From positions 1-64,000 of the IMG/VR virus record IMGVR_UViG_3300033068_001920: 64,000 nt of DNA, one strand, 5' to 3'. Under the pieces are notes generated by a model. It was not told the DNA's origin. It saw only the letters and a program-made list of their open reading frames with translations, and searched no databases. Positions 28,178 to 36,670 of this stretch are shown in pieces (within the stretch, counting starts at the first letter, position 1; each line of letters opens with the position of its first letter). The position numbers and the translations under genes were made by a program. Origin of the DNA: a virus (lineage: Duplodnaviria; Caudoviricetes).

Positions 28178-30951
28178 GCCGCGCCTCGCCGAGCGTCCAG
28201 CATGTCCACCTCGCGCTGAACGCGGTCAAGTATCCAAGAAACACAAAGCACGGCCCACGAGTTGCCGATCGCCTTGTACCGCGGGCCGTCGGCCGCCATG
28301 GCATAGACCTGGGCCTTGCCGTCTCCGCATTTCACCGCGAAGCGGTAGGCCTTGTCTCGGGGGCCGCTGCTCCGCTGCAGCGCTTCGGCCATGCTGTCGA
28401 AGACCGGGATTGTGGCTTTCACCTTCGCCAGCGGCTTGGGCTTGCCTTTCCGGATCGGGATCAGCGTGTGGTCTGGATGGATTCCCTGTAGGCGCTCGCA
28501 CTCTCGCGGGGTTAAGCGTCGAACGGCCATTCCATGGGTGGCGATCGGCGCCGCTCTGGATCGGTCCGCACTGGTCGTCAGCGGTCTTGCAGCATCAGCG
28601 ATCTCAAAAGTCCCGTTCTTGTAGTCGTCTGCCATGAACGCGACCGCCACTTGCCCGCCGGCATTCGCATGCGACCCACTGTGCCCCATCGCGCGAAAGG
28701 TCGGCGCCACGTCGCCAGCGTCGCCAGCGTCGCCGCCATGATCTTTACAGGAAAATGCGATGACCGGGACAAGATGTGCGTTTCCCCCAGGCGAATCTCC
28801 CCGAGAGCAACGCGTTTGAGTGATTTCACCCGTGACAGATTGGTTATATGTGTCGAAGGCTATCGGCACCATGACGCTCGGCCCAGAGGACAGGCCGTCG
28901 CCGCTCCGCGTCCCAAGGGTCGCAGCGACATCGCCCGTGATCTTGCCGTTGTACGTGTCGGTGCCCACCATGACCGGAATCAGTGGCGTCCCGCGCCCGG
29001 TACCGTCCTCGCTTGCGTCGAAACCGTCCGCGCGCAGCGTGTGCGTCGGCCCGTCGTACGCCACGGTTAAGTGGCCAGCCATCGCATGATCTACGTCAGC
29101 ACCCCCACCTGCGGCTCGCAAGGTTCCTGCTGTAAGCGGGATATCATCTGTGCTGTAACCACCATGCTGACGAGAGCCGCCTGCAATGGTGCAGGCAACG
29201 TCTTGCGCCTCTTTTCTGCTCGGCGCAGTATCCCGGCGCACGCCTTCGGACTCAAAAAGTATTCTTCCGGGACTGAGTCCGTCTCTAGCACTTGCGACAA
29301 CGAACACACGCTCGCGTCGTTGGGCCAAGCCGAAATATTGGGCATCAACAACCCGCCATGCGACTGTCCGCCGGGGGCCAGCAACAACACCTGCGACTGG
29401 CCAGCACGGAACGTGCACACCGGTGTCTTTTTTCCAGCGCCAGTGGGTAGAGGACCGTCCCGGTTTAGGTCGTGGGCCGGGTTCAATTGGATCCCGATCT
29501 CCGGCAAGCCCAGCAAGGAAGCAACCGAAAGCGTTGTCGTCGGTACTGAGGCATCCGGGTACGTTCTCCCACTGCACGATGCAGGGTTCGTCTCCATCGG
29601 CGATTCGAACATCGTCAATTGCATCGGCGATCTCGCAGAACGTCAGGGACAGCGCGCCCCGGGCGTCGGTAAGGGAATCGCGGTTACCCGCGAAGCTGAA
29701 GGCTTGGCAGTTGTGAACGACGACACCGTTCAGGATGTATGAGTTGTCGTCCGCAACTTCAATGTTGAAGACTTCCTGTTGCCCAACCTCACTGAAGTTG
29801 GTCACGCTGCGCAGAAGGTAGTTGTGCCTGACCCTGGATTTGCGCGAGGTGGCGCGGTCAAAGCCGCGGACTTGGAACCACTCTCGCTGATTAACGGTTC
29901 GGCCCTCTATGACTTTCGTAGGCGTAACCTTAATCCGGGCCACGGATGCGCTGTACCCCTCGGCATTCAGAAGATCCGCCGCACCGTAGGCCAATGACCG
30001 GCTGGTCGTGGCGATTTGAACGCCGCTCTTGATTTTGCTGCCGTCTGTGTCGAGGTAGCCGCGAAGGATTTCAGCGCGAAGCGGATGTCCGAGCACCCAC
30101 GCAGGGAGGTTTTTGTGGTACGCGAGGCGCCCAAAGTTCTCCTCCAACCAGTTAGCGAATCGAGTGTCATTGATCGTGACCCGAACCACTGATCGCTTTT
30201 CGCAAATGGAGTGACTGAAGTCCTCGCCAACAACCTCCAGCATCCTCTGGTATTTGGCCGGGTTCAGACTGAGGATAACCGCTCTCTTCGTCTTGCCCTT
30301 CCACTCCCGGATGTGGCCGTCACCGAGGTACATGCCAGCGAGATACATCGCCTGCCGCTGGTCGAACTCCGCGGATACCGCTTGCCCGGTGGTCTCGCCG
30401 TACTGCGTCATGGCGCACCACATGCGACCCGGCATTTCCGATGCCTTGACCCACTCGGGATCGGGGCAGTGCTCGACCCTCGCGTAGGCGTTGCCGCGCT
30501 TGGTACTCTGGTTTCGGAAGGCGACCGACAGGAACGGATGGTCGGGCGTCACCGTGATCGGTTCGCGGATTCCAACCGCATTGAACTCACCGACCGTCGC
30601 CAACTTCGAGCCGACCGCAAGGACAGGCTTCAGTCGCCCCTTGTGCGTCATGACGAGATCGCCGACCCGGACATGCTCTAGTGGGCGATACCCGTATTCG
30701 GTCAGAACCAGATGGCCTGCGGTGAAGCAAGGCGTTCCGCCGGTAAAGAACGGCGGCGCTTCCATCTCTCGGCTGCGGATCCTCGCAGGAATCGCGCGCA
30801 TGTCTCCAACATTCGGGACATCCGGCCAATGATGGGCAAGGACTTCTGAGGGGAACGCTTCGATCTCGGACAGCCACGCCGCCTTCCATCCGAGATGGCG
30901 CGAGGCCAGGCTCATTGCTTCGACGCCGCTGCAACAACTTCCGAATCTCAC
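28174..30951 (-). CDS. DNA cytosine-C5 methyltransferase containing an intein
   Basis: Motif I SCCSGVE, IV GGTP|CQAFS, VI WENVPG, VIII QRRERVF, IX RRLTPRECERLQG, X KAIGNS. Confidence 0.92.
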   Translation of the reverse strand: MRFGSCCSGVEAMSLASRHLGWKAAWLSEIEAFPSEVLAHHWPDVPNVGDMRAIPARIRSREMEAPPFFTGGTPCFTAGHLVLTEYGYRPLEHVRVGDLVMTHKGRLKPVLAVGSKLATVGEFNAVGIREPITVTPDHPFLSVAFRNQSTKRGNAYARVEHCPDPEWVKASEMPGRMWCAMTQYGETTGQAVSAEFDQRQAMYLAGMYLGDGHIREWKGKTKRAVILSLNPAKYQRMLEVVGEDFSHSICEKRSVVRVTINDTRFANWLEENFGRLAYHKNLPAWVLGHPLRAEILRGYLDTDGSKIKSGVQIATTSRSLAYGAADLLNAEGYSASVARIKVTPTKVIEGRTVNQREWFQVRGFDRATSRKSRVRHNYLLRSVTNFSEVGQQEVFNIEVADDNSYILNGVVVHNCQAFSFAGNRDSLTDARGALSLTFCEIADAIDDVRIADGDEPCIVQWENVPGCLSTDDNAFGCFLAGLAGDRDPIEPGPRPKPGRSSTHWRWKKDTGVHVPCWPVAGVVAGPRRTVAWRVVDAQYFGLAQRRERVFVVASARDGLSPGRILFESEGVRRDTAPSRKEAQDVACTIAGGSRQHGGYSTDDIPLTAGTLRAAGGGADVDHAMAGHLTVAYDGPTHTLRADGFDASEDGTGRGTPLIPVMVGTDTYNGKITGDVAATLGTRSGDGLSSGPSVMVPIAFDTYNQSVTGEITQTRCSRGDSPGGNAHLVPVIAFSCKDHGGDAGDAGDVAPTFRAMGHSGSHANAGGQVAVAFMADDYKNGTFEIADAARPLTTSADRSRAAPIATHGMAVRRLTPRECERLQGIHPDHTLIPIRKGKPKPLAKVKATIPVFDSMAEALQRSSGPRDKAYRFAVKCGDGKAQVYAMAADGPRYKAIGNSWAVLCVSWILDRVQREVDMLDARRGAA
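29091..29624 (-). CDS. nested alternative-frame ORF inside the C5 MTase (putative second subunit)
   Basis: +1 frame; SLSQVLETDSVPEEYFLSPKACAGILRRAEKRRKTLP resembles the post-motif-VIII segment of C5 MTases. Confidence 0.6.
   Translation of the reverse strand: MQLTMFESPMETNPASCSGRTYPDASVPTTTLSVASLLGLPEIGIQLNPAHDLNRDGPLPTGAGKKTPVCTFRAGQSQVLLLAPGGQSHGGLLMPNISAWPNDASVCSLSQVLETDSVPEEYFLSPKACAGILRRAEKRRKTLPAPLQAALVSMVVTAQMISRLQQEPCEPQVGVLT
29710..30729 (-). mobile_element. intein (340 aa) with LAGLIDADG homing endonuclease
   Basis: Starts CFTAGHLVLT, ends NGVVVHN followed by Cys; internal LAGMYLGDGH and LRGYLDTDGS. Confidence 0.95.
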
Positions 30952-30976
30952 GCGCTACCCCCTATTCATTCGTGGC

Positions 30977-31011
30977 AAGTTAGCAAAACGCACTCCGTCC
31001 TGCAAGCATTT
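30977..31011 (-). promoter_or_regulatory. sigma70-like promoter of the MTase operon with degenerate operators
   Basis: TTGCAG-N17-TAACTT; TCGCAAATGCTT overlaps the -35; TTAGCAAAACGCA sits at the -10. Confidence 0.65.
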
Positions 31012-31020
31012 GCGAAGATT

Positions 31021-31749
31021 TCAGGGTAACGGCTCGCCTGCATGATCAATCGTCTGCTCGCTACGGTTCGACAATCCGAGTTCTTCGGCGATCTCCGCCA
31101 TCCGCGCGCGCGCGAACTCTGGTGATGCTGGCTTCAGCTTTTTCTCTTCCTGCTCAATCTGCGGCAGTGGCACCGGAAGCGGTTCGCCGCGCATCACTGC
31201 GTCGCGCGCAGTGGCGTAGGCCTCTTTCAGCATGCGATCGGACTCCCGTGCATCCACCATGCGGTAGCGATAGCCGTCCAAGTTCCTGCCGACCATCACG
31301 GTGAAGGGCGCCCGCTCTTCGTTGATTCGGGCCATGTCGGCACGGACCTGCTGCAGCGTCGGTATGCCCAAGCACAGTTCCCGGAACTCTTGGATCTCCG
31401 GAAACCAGTCACCGGCGCGGGTTAGGCATGCGCCGAGACCTGCAGCCAGTTGCGCTCCGCTGAGTCCGGCCAGCCCTTTTGCCCAAGTATCGGCGTACAT
31501 CGTCAGTTCGCCGGCGCGCGGGTTCGGTTCACCGTTTTCCAACTTCTCCGCATGGTGCGGAGACTCCCCCATCGCAGAACGCCACTTGTTCGGGTACATC
31601 GCGGCCATGCGTCCCCAGACCTGACGGAGCCAGTTCGTCTGCAGTGGCTCAGCACATGCCAGCGGCGTGCTCGCGCTCGTCGTGCTCGCGATTGATCCGT
31701 TCGACGCGCTCCGCCTCGCTCTCACGGCGGCCCGAATTGCTGGTTCCAT
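31021..31749 (-). CDS. replication protein P-like helicase loader (start uncertain)
   Basis: W..GLAGLSGAQLAAGLGACL...WFPEIQEFRELC; follows the O-like gene. Confidence 0.7.
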   Translation of the reverse strand: MEPAIRAAVRARRSASNGSIASTTSASTPLACAEPLQTNWLRQVWGRMAAMYPNKWRSAMGESPHHAEKLENGEPNPRAGELTMYADTWAKGLAGLSGAQLAAGLGACLTRAGDWFPEIQEFRELCLGIPTLQQVRADMARINEERAPFTVMVGRNLDGYRYRMVDARESDRMLKEAYATARDAVMRGEPLPVPLPQIEQEEKKLKPASPEFARARMAEIAEELGLSNRSEQTIDHAGEPLP

Positions 31750-32512
31750 GGTGGTTCCCCTGCTTGTTGTTCTGGACGTTCTGGTACCAGGCAGCCTTGA
31801 AGCCCTGCCAATTGTTCTCGGCGGAAATATGCACCGCCTTCGCCGGCGTGATTCCTGCCTTCACGGCTTCGGCCTTCACCCCGTCCCATGCGGTTTGCGT
31901 CAGCGGTGCCTTCTTCGCCTTCCTGACGATGAACCAATCTGCGGCGTGTTGGCGATCAACTCCTTCGGCAACGATATCGTCGATGGTCAGCGGTGGGGGA
32001 TCGTCAGACCTCTTCGGCTTCGCGCCACCCAATTTTGAATCGCGCTCAGCGCCATCTTTATTGGCTTTCTTCTCTTGATGGTTAAGTGACGTATTGGGTG
32101 CATCTCCTGCACCCCGTTCTGTCGTGGGATGCACCCCGTTCCCATCATCAGATGCACCCCGTTCCCCTTCGCGAGGTGCATCTGTTGCACCCGGTTTTGA
32201 CCGAGGTGCATCTGTTGCACCCCGTTCCATCGAAAGGTCGTAGCACACCGGGCGCCGATCGGCTCGGTCGATATAGGCAGCAGCGATCGCTTGATTACCG
32301 CGCCGAATCAACCCGTGCTGCTCCAGTGAGTCTAGGCGGGAACGAACGGTACGTTCTGACAGACCCGTGTCCGCCGATAGCGTCGCCGCCGAAGGAAATG
32401 CGCCACGTCCGTCCGCGCCGGCGTAGTTTGCGAGGCATAGCAGTACATGCCTCGATGGCGAATCATTGACTTGCTTCTGGGCCATCGCCCAAGACATAGC
32501 TTGAACGCTCAT
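31649..32512 (-). CDS. lambdoid replication initiator (O-like, N-terminal HTH)
   Basis: MSVQAMSWA...LLCLANYA...FPSAATLSADTGLSERTVR; internal iterons. Confidence 0.88.
   Translation of the reverse strand: MSVQAMSWAMAQKQVNDSPSRHVLLCLANYAGADGRGAFPSAATLSADTGLSERTVRSRLDSLEQHGLIRRGNQAIAAAYIDRADRRPVCYDLSMERGATDAPRSKPGATDAPREGERGASDDGNGVHPTTERGAGDAPNTSLNHQEKKANKDGAERDSKLGGAKPKRSDDPPPLTIDDIVAEGVDRQHAADWFIVRKAKKAPLTQTAWDGVKAEAVKAGITPAKAVHISAENNWQGFKAAWYQNVQNNKQGNHHGTSNSGRRESEAERVERINREHDEREHAAGMC
32040..32227. repeat. iteron replication origin inside the O-like gene
   Basis: TGCACCCCGTTC at 32108, 32130, 32153 and 32216, variant at 32186; adjacent AT-rich tract at about 32040-32095. Confidence 0.85.
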
Positions 32513-32934
32513 GCGCCGGTCTCCAATACAGCGAAGTCGCTGCGGATGACCGCAGGGAACAGTTGGATGTATGGCCCGAACCCAGCGGGGTTCACGATCA
32601 TCAGTCCAGTTTCAGTAATGATGCTATGAGAGCACTCGCCATCCAATAGATCGAATACCTGTTTCAGTTCGGCCGGCTCCATTCGGAAGAATTCCCTGGA
32701 CTGGCATATCCGGTTCGTGGCGAACGTCTCGTGAGCGCAGCGCTCAAATTTCGACGGATCCAACACCTCAGCGTAGTAGGCAACGATGAAAGGCGTCGGC
32801 ACTCCGGTCGTTCCCGACAATTCAGCCGCTCTCTGCATTGGTGCCCTAGTGGTGTGGCCGATCTTGTAGATGCCGGGCATTGACTGATTCGCCAGTACGT
32901 AGACGAATCCGTAAAGATTGTTGTTTGCGCTCAT
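32509..32934 (-). CDS. GIY-YIG nuclease (T5orf172-like)
   Basis: GFVYVLAN..MPGIYKIGHT...GVPTPF...REFF. Confidence 0.88.
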   Translation of the reverse strand: MSANNNLYGFVYVLANQSMPGIYKIGHTTRAPMQRAAELSGTTGVPTPFIVAYYAEVLDPSKFERCAHETFATNRICQSREFFRMEPAELKQVFDLLDGECSHSIITETGLMIVNPAGFGPYIQLFPAVIRSDFAVLETGA

Positions 32935-33086
32935 GCTTCCCCAATGGTCCAAATAGAAAACGCACCCAACCCGTTGGACTCGGGCTGTCCCCCGGTGATC
33001 AAGCCGGGGTTAGGGTGGCGCGGTTATACAAGGTTGGTCGCCTACAGTGCCAGCTTGGCGGATACAAGTTCAAGGGTCACATCACG

Positions 33087-33290
33087 TCACGGGCTTGCCA
33101 GACCCGGCTCAAATACCCGGAGGAAGTGCTTTGTGCTGCTCACGATAGGCATTTTCTGCCCTTCGCGCCAGAGCACGAATCCGTCCACCACGGCCATCAC
33201 CTTGATGAAAGCCAATCCACGTTCATGCATTTCTTGACGGATCCACTTGCTGCCGGCTCGGATCCCGGCAGACCCTTTATGCTTGGCCAT
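33087..33290 (-). CDS. hypothetical protein
   Basis: MAKHKGSAG...; coupled. Confidence 0.55.
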   Translation of the reverse strand: MAKHKGSAGIRAGSKWIRQEMHERGLAFIKVMAVVDGFVLWREGQKMPIVSSTKHFLRVFEPGLASP

Positions 33291-34125
33291 CGGAATCTTC
33301 CGCAGTGGTGATGAGGTCCGCTGCGGCCCCGCGCTTCGCCTTGGCGCTGGCCAGCGCGATCGCGTACATGTCTGGGTGCTGCACATCGAACGTCGGCATC
33401 TGATCGGACTCGACCCAGTGGCCGCGGACGCTGTGCCGGACCAGCCACCGCTGCGTCCAGGTGCTCGCGCTGCAGCCCTCCTCGACGATTTCCTTGGCGG
33501 TGATGCTGCCCTGCACCCGCAGACGCGCCAAGACGCGAATGGCGGCCTGCTTCCATGGCGTCAGCTGCACCGGGCAGGGTACGCCCGCGGGAACCTCCGG
33601 GATGCACGGCGGCAGCGGTACGCGCGCCGGCGGGTTCCAGTCGAAGAACGCCGTTCGGGCAAACCAGAACCGTCCGTCGGCCGGGTCCGCGGCCCGCTGG
33701 TCTTCCTCGAGTAGTCGGCGAAGGCCGAAGGACGCGTCGATGCGAGAGGAAAACGTGGCGCGATCGTATTCGTATCCGTACTGCGGCGCCCAGACCGGGA
33801 CGCCCAGCATCTCGAGCAAGCGCGCGATGCCGGCATTGGCTTCGGTGATGCTGCGCACGATCACCAAACGATGGTCTGGACCGTCCTTGGCATACCGGTT
33901 CCACGAATCTGTTGGGATGATTTGCTCGGCGACCTTGGCATTGAGCACCAGTTTAGCTTCAACGCCGATCTGGCGGCCGGAAGCGTGCACGGCCAGGATG
34001 TCGAATCCACCGGTCTCCGGGTAGCAGACCCAGCCCGGTTGTGCGTTGAATTCCGCGATGAAGATCGCGCACAGCGCCGTCTCCGTCGGGATCAGTTCCT
34101 TGATCTGGTCCGCAGTGATGTTCAT
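33277..34125 (-). CDS. putative PD-(D/E)XK nuclease-fold protein
   Basis: YPETGGFDILAV...IGVEAKL. Confidence 0.65.
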   Translation of the reverse strand: MNITADQIKELIPTETALCAIFIAEFNAQPGWVCYPETGGFDILAVHASGRQIGVEAKLVLNAKVAEQIIPTDSWNRYAKDGPDHRLVIVRSITEANAGIARLLEMLGVPVWAPQYGYEYDRATFSSRIDASFGLRRLLEEDQRAADPADGRFWFARTAFFDWNPPARVPLPPCIPEVPAGVPCPVQLTPWKQAAIRVLARLRVQGSITAKEIVEEGCSASTWTQRWLVRHSVRGHWVESDQMPTFDVQHPDMYAIALASAKAKRGAAADLITTAEDSDGQA

Positions 34126-35258
34126 ACGACCACCGTGATGCGCTCAGCGGCGCGAGTCAAGCCGGTGTAGAGATGCTTCGCCGCGTCCTCGCGAAAGGCG
34201 TAGGACTCATCGAATAGGACGACATTGTCGAATTCGGAACCTTGGGCCTTGTGGACAGTGAGCGCGTAGCCGAAGGTGAATTGCTGCAGCCCTTTCAACT
34301 GCTCCCACGCCAGTTCCTTTTCGGCGCCGCGGAAGAACTGCTCCGGCACCTTGACGCGGACGGTGCGCGCGCCGGGGTCGTCGATCGACCTTGCCTGGAT
34401 CTTCAGAACCCCGGTTTTGCTCTTAGCATCGACGCTGATCGCCTCCCACAACCCGCCGTTCAGTAGTCCCAGTTGGCGGTCGTTGCGCAGGCAAACCATC
34501 CGGTCGCCCGGGACAGGGTGATGCGGAACTTTGATGCCCTGACGATCGTGGAGTTCGCGGATCCGTGAGTTGAAATTGTGCCGCGTCTTGTTCAGGCCGC
34601 AGAGCACTTGGTCGGCGGACATGACGAGCTCGCGCATGGCGTCCTTGCCGATCTCGCATCGACGAACGACTCGGCTGTCGCCGTAGCGCCCGGCATGCAG
34701 AGGCCTGCCCTCACGGACATCCATGCTCATCCGGATGATCGGATTATCGGCGGCCTGGCGGTGAACCTCCGTCAGCATGATGTCCGGCTCGGCGTTGATG
34801 AAGAATCCCTCGCCCTTCACCGGCGGCAACTGCGCCGGGTCGCCGAGTACCAGAACCCGCGTCCCGAACGAAAGCAAGTCCTTGGCCAGATCCTCGCCCA
34901 CCATCGACACCTCATCGATCACGATCAACTTGGCGTCGGCGGCAGAACTATTCGGGTTCAGAACGAACCGCGGCGTCTCTTCGGCATCGGTGCCTTCGGG
35001 GATGTAGATCATGCTGTGAATCGTGGACGCGCCGGCGCAACCCTTCTTGCGCAAGACCAAGGCTGCTTTTCCGGTGAATGCAGCAAACTGCACGGAACCC
35101 TTGACCTTCTCTACCACGGCCTTGGCGAGCGTCGTCTTGCCGGCGCCGGCGAACCCGAACAACCTGAATACTTGTGGGCCATCCGGATCCGCAAGCCAAT
35201 CGGCGACGGCCTTGAGTGCAGCCTCTTGCTGCGGGCTCCACGTCGGGGCCGCGGTCAC
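34122..35258 (-). CDS. SF1B DNA helicase (RecD/Dda-like)
   Basis: GFAGAGKT, IDEVSM, GDPAQLPPV, TEVHRQ, TVHKAQGSEF, YTGLTRA. Confidence 0.92.
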   Translation of the reverse strand: MTAAPTWSPQQEAALKAVADWLADPDGPQVFRLFGFAGAGKTTLAKAVVEKVKGSVQFAAFTGKAALVLRKKGCAGASTIHSMIYIPEGTDAEETPRFVLNPNSSAADAKLIVIDEVSMVGEDLAKDLLSFGTRVLVLGDPAQLPPVKGEGFFINAEPDIMLTEVHRQAADNPIIRMSMDVREGRPLHAGRYGDSRVVRRCEIGKDAMRELVMSADQVLCGLNKTRHNFNSRIRELHDRQGIKVPHHPVPGDRMVCLRNDRQLGLLNGGLWEAISVDAKSKTGVLKIQARSIDDPGARTVRVKVPEQFFRGAEKELAWEQLKGLQQFTFGYALTVHKAQGSEFDNVVLFDESYAFREDAAKHLYTGLTRAAERITVVV

Positions 35259-36670
35259 AGCAGCACCGCCTGGCGTGTCGAATCTTCGGCTTCGATCTTC
35301 GCCGCGAGCACCGTGGCGACCGCATGTTCGCAGCGCACCTGCGCGGTCGCGACGGAATCGGAATCCCGCTCGATGCCGACGACGCTGAAGCCTTCCAAGA
35401 TCGCGCCCTTGCCTGTGCTGCCGGAGCCGAAGAACGGATCCAGAACGGTCCCGCCCGGCGGCGTGATCAGGCGGCAGAGGTAGCGCATCAGGTCCGTCGG
35501 TTTCACCGTCGGGTGGGTGTTGCCCTTGCGCGCGCCATCCGCGTTCAGATTCTCCGCGGCGCGCAGCGTGCTGCCCATCTTGAACTGCGGGCCTGGGTCT
35601 TCCATGCCTTCGTTGCGATCAAATCTGCTCGCCTTAGCTGCGTAGAAAAATCGTGCAGCGCTGCCGCCGCCATCGCGCTGGTCGCTTGCGGTCCTGCCGC
35701 CGTAGTCGCCGTAGGCATTCGCGGTCTTGGCGCTAGCTTCCGTTCCGCGGACGGGCGCCACTGCGCCACTCGCTTGGGGGAACGCCGCTTGCACTGCATC
35801 GCTGCCGTCCGTGATCAAATTTGCTGGCCAGCGACCGATATTCGGGTCATGGCCAGACTCGCTTCCGGTCTGTGCTCCGTAAGCACCATAAATCCTATCC
35901 TGTCCTTTTCTGGGCGACGCCGGAACATTCTTGTTTGTGCCGACCCGACACCCGTCGATATTCAACGCCCCGGTGCCGTTCGCGATTACGTTCGCCGCGA
36001 CGGTGCCTTCCAGAGGACGACGCGCGAGGATGATCGGTTCCCATGCGGGCTTCAGGGCGGTTCCCCATCCTTCCCATTGGCGGGCGGCATCGGTGGCAGG
36101 AATTGTTAGATCATTGCATCGCGATGGAGTGGACCACCCGCCCTGTGTCGTCGTGCCACTTGTCCTTTTAGCCGCATCGGGATGAATACCAACCACCTCT
36201 CGTTCCGCGCCAGCCGCCTTGTCTATAGCCCTGCTCACATCCATTGACTTCGGGAAGCCGGATCCATAGCACCATGCCAGCAACGGCGCGCCACCGTCAT
36301 CGTCATGCGCGTAGCCGATGCTGTCGCGCAGTTCGAACCCGGCGAGGCGTATCGCCATCGACATCATGTCCATGCTGCGGGTGCCGGCGAAGGCGAGCAT
36401 GTGCCCGCCAGGTTTCAGCACGCGCAGGCATTCGCGGAACACCTCCGGGCCGGGAACCCATGCGTCCCATGTCTTGCCCATGAATCCCTTGCCTTTCGGC
36501 AGGTACGGCTCGCCGGCGAGCCATGCGGTCAGACACGCGACGACCTCGGCCGGCTTGTGGTCGCTGAGACCGTAGGGCGGATCGGTGACGATGCTATCAA
36601 TGCTGCAATCCGGCAGCGTGCGCAGCACTTCCAAGCATTCGCCGTGGTGGATGACGAAAGGCGCGGTCAT
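35255..36670 (-). CDS. DNA N6-adenine/N4-cytosine methyltransferase (beta class)
   Basis: VTDPPYG; HPTVKP; LDPFFGSGSTG. Confidence 0.93.
   Translation of the reverse strand: MTAPFVIHHGECLEVLRTLPDCSIDSIVTDPPYGLSDHKPAEVVACLTAWLAGEPYLPKGKGFMGKTWDAWVPGPEVFRECLRVLKPGGHMLAFAGTRSMDMMSMAIRLAGFELRDSIGYAHDDDGGAPLLAWCYGSGFPKSMDVSRAIDKAAGAEREVVGIHPDAAKRTSGTTTQGGWSTPSRCNDLTIPATDAARQWEGWGTALKPAWEPIILARRPLEGTVAANVIANGTGALNIDGCRVGTNKNVPASPRKGQDRIYGAYGAQTGSESGHDPNIGRWPANLITDGSDAVQAAFPQASGAVAPVRGTEASAKTANAYGDYGGRTASDQRDGGGSAARFFYAAKASRFDRNEGMEDPGPQFKMGSTLRAAENLNADGARKGNTHPTVKPTDLMRYLCRLITPPGGTVLDPFFGSGSTGKGAILEGFSVVGIERDSDSVATAQVRCEHAVATVLAAKIEAEDSTRQAVLL

Noticed and set aside
35545-36077. Alternative-frame ORFs in the beta-class MTase
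   Set aside because: Short, with no MTase motifs or SD, unlike the nested genes in the two C5 enzymes
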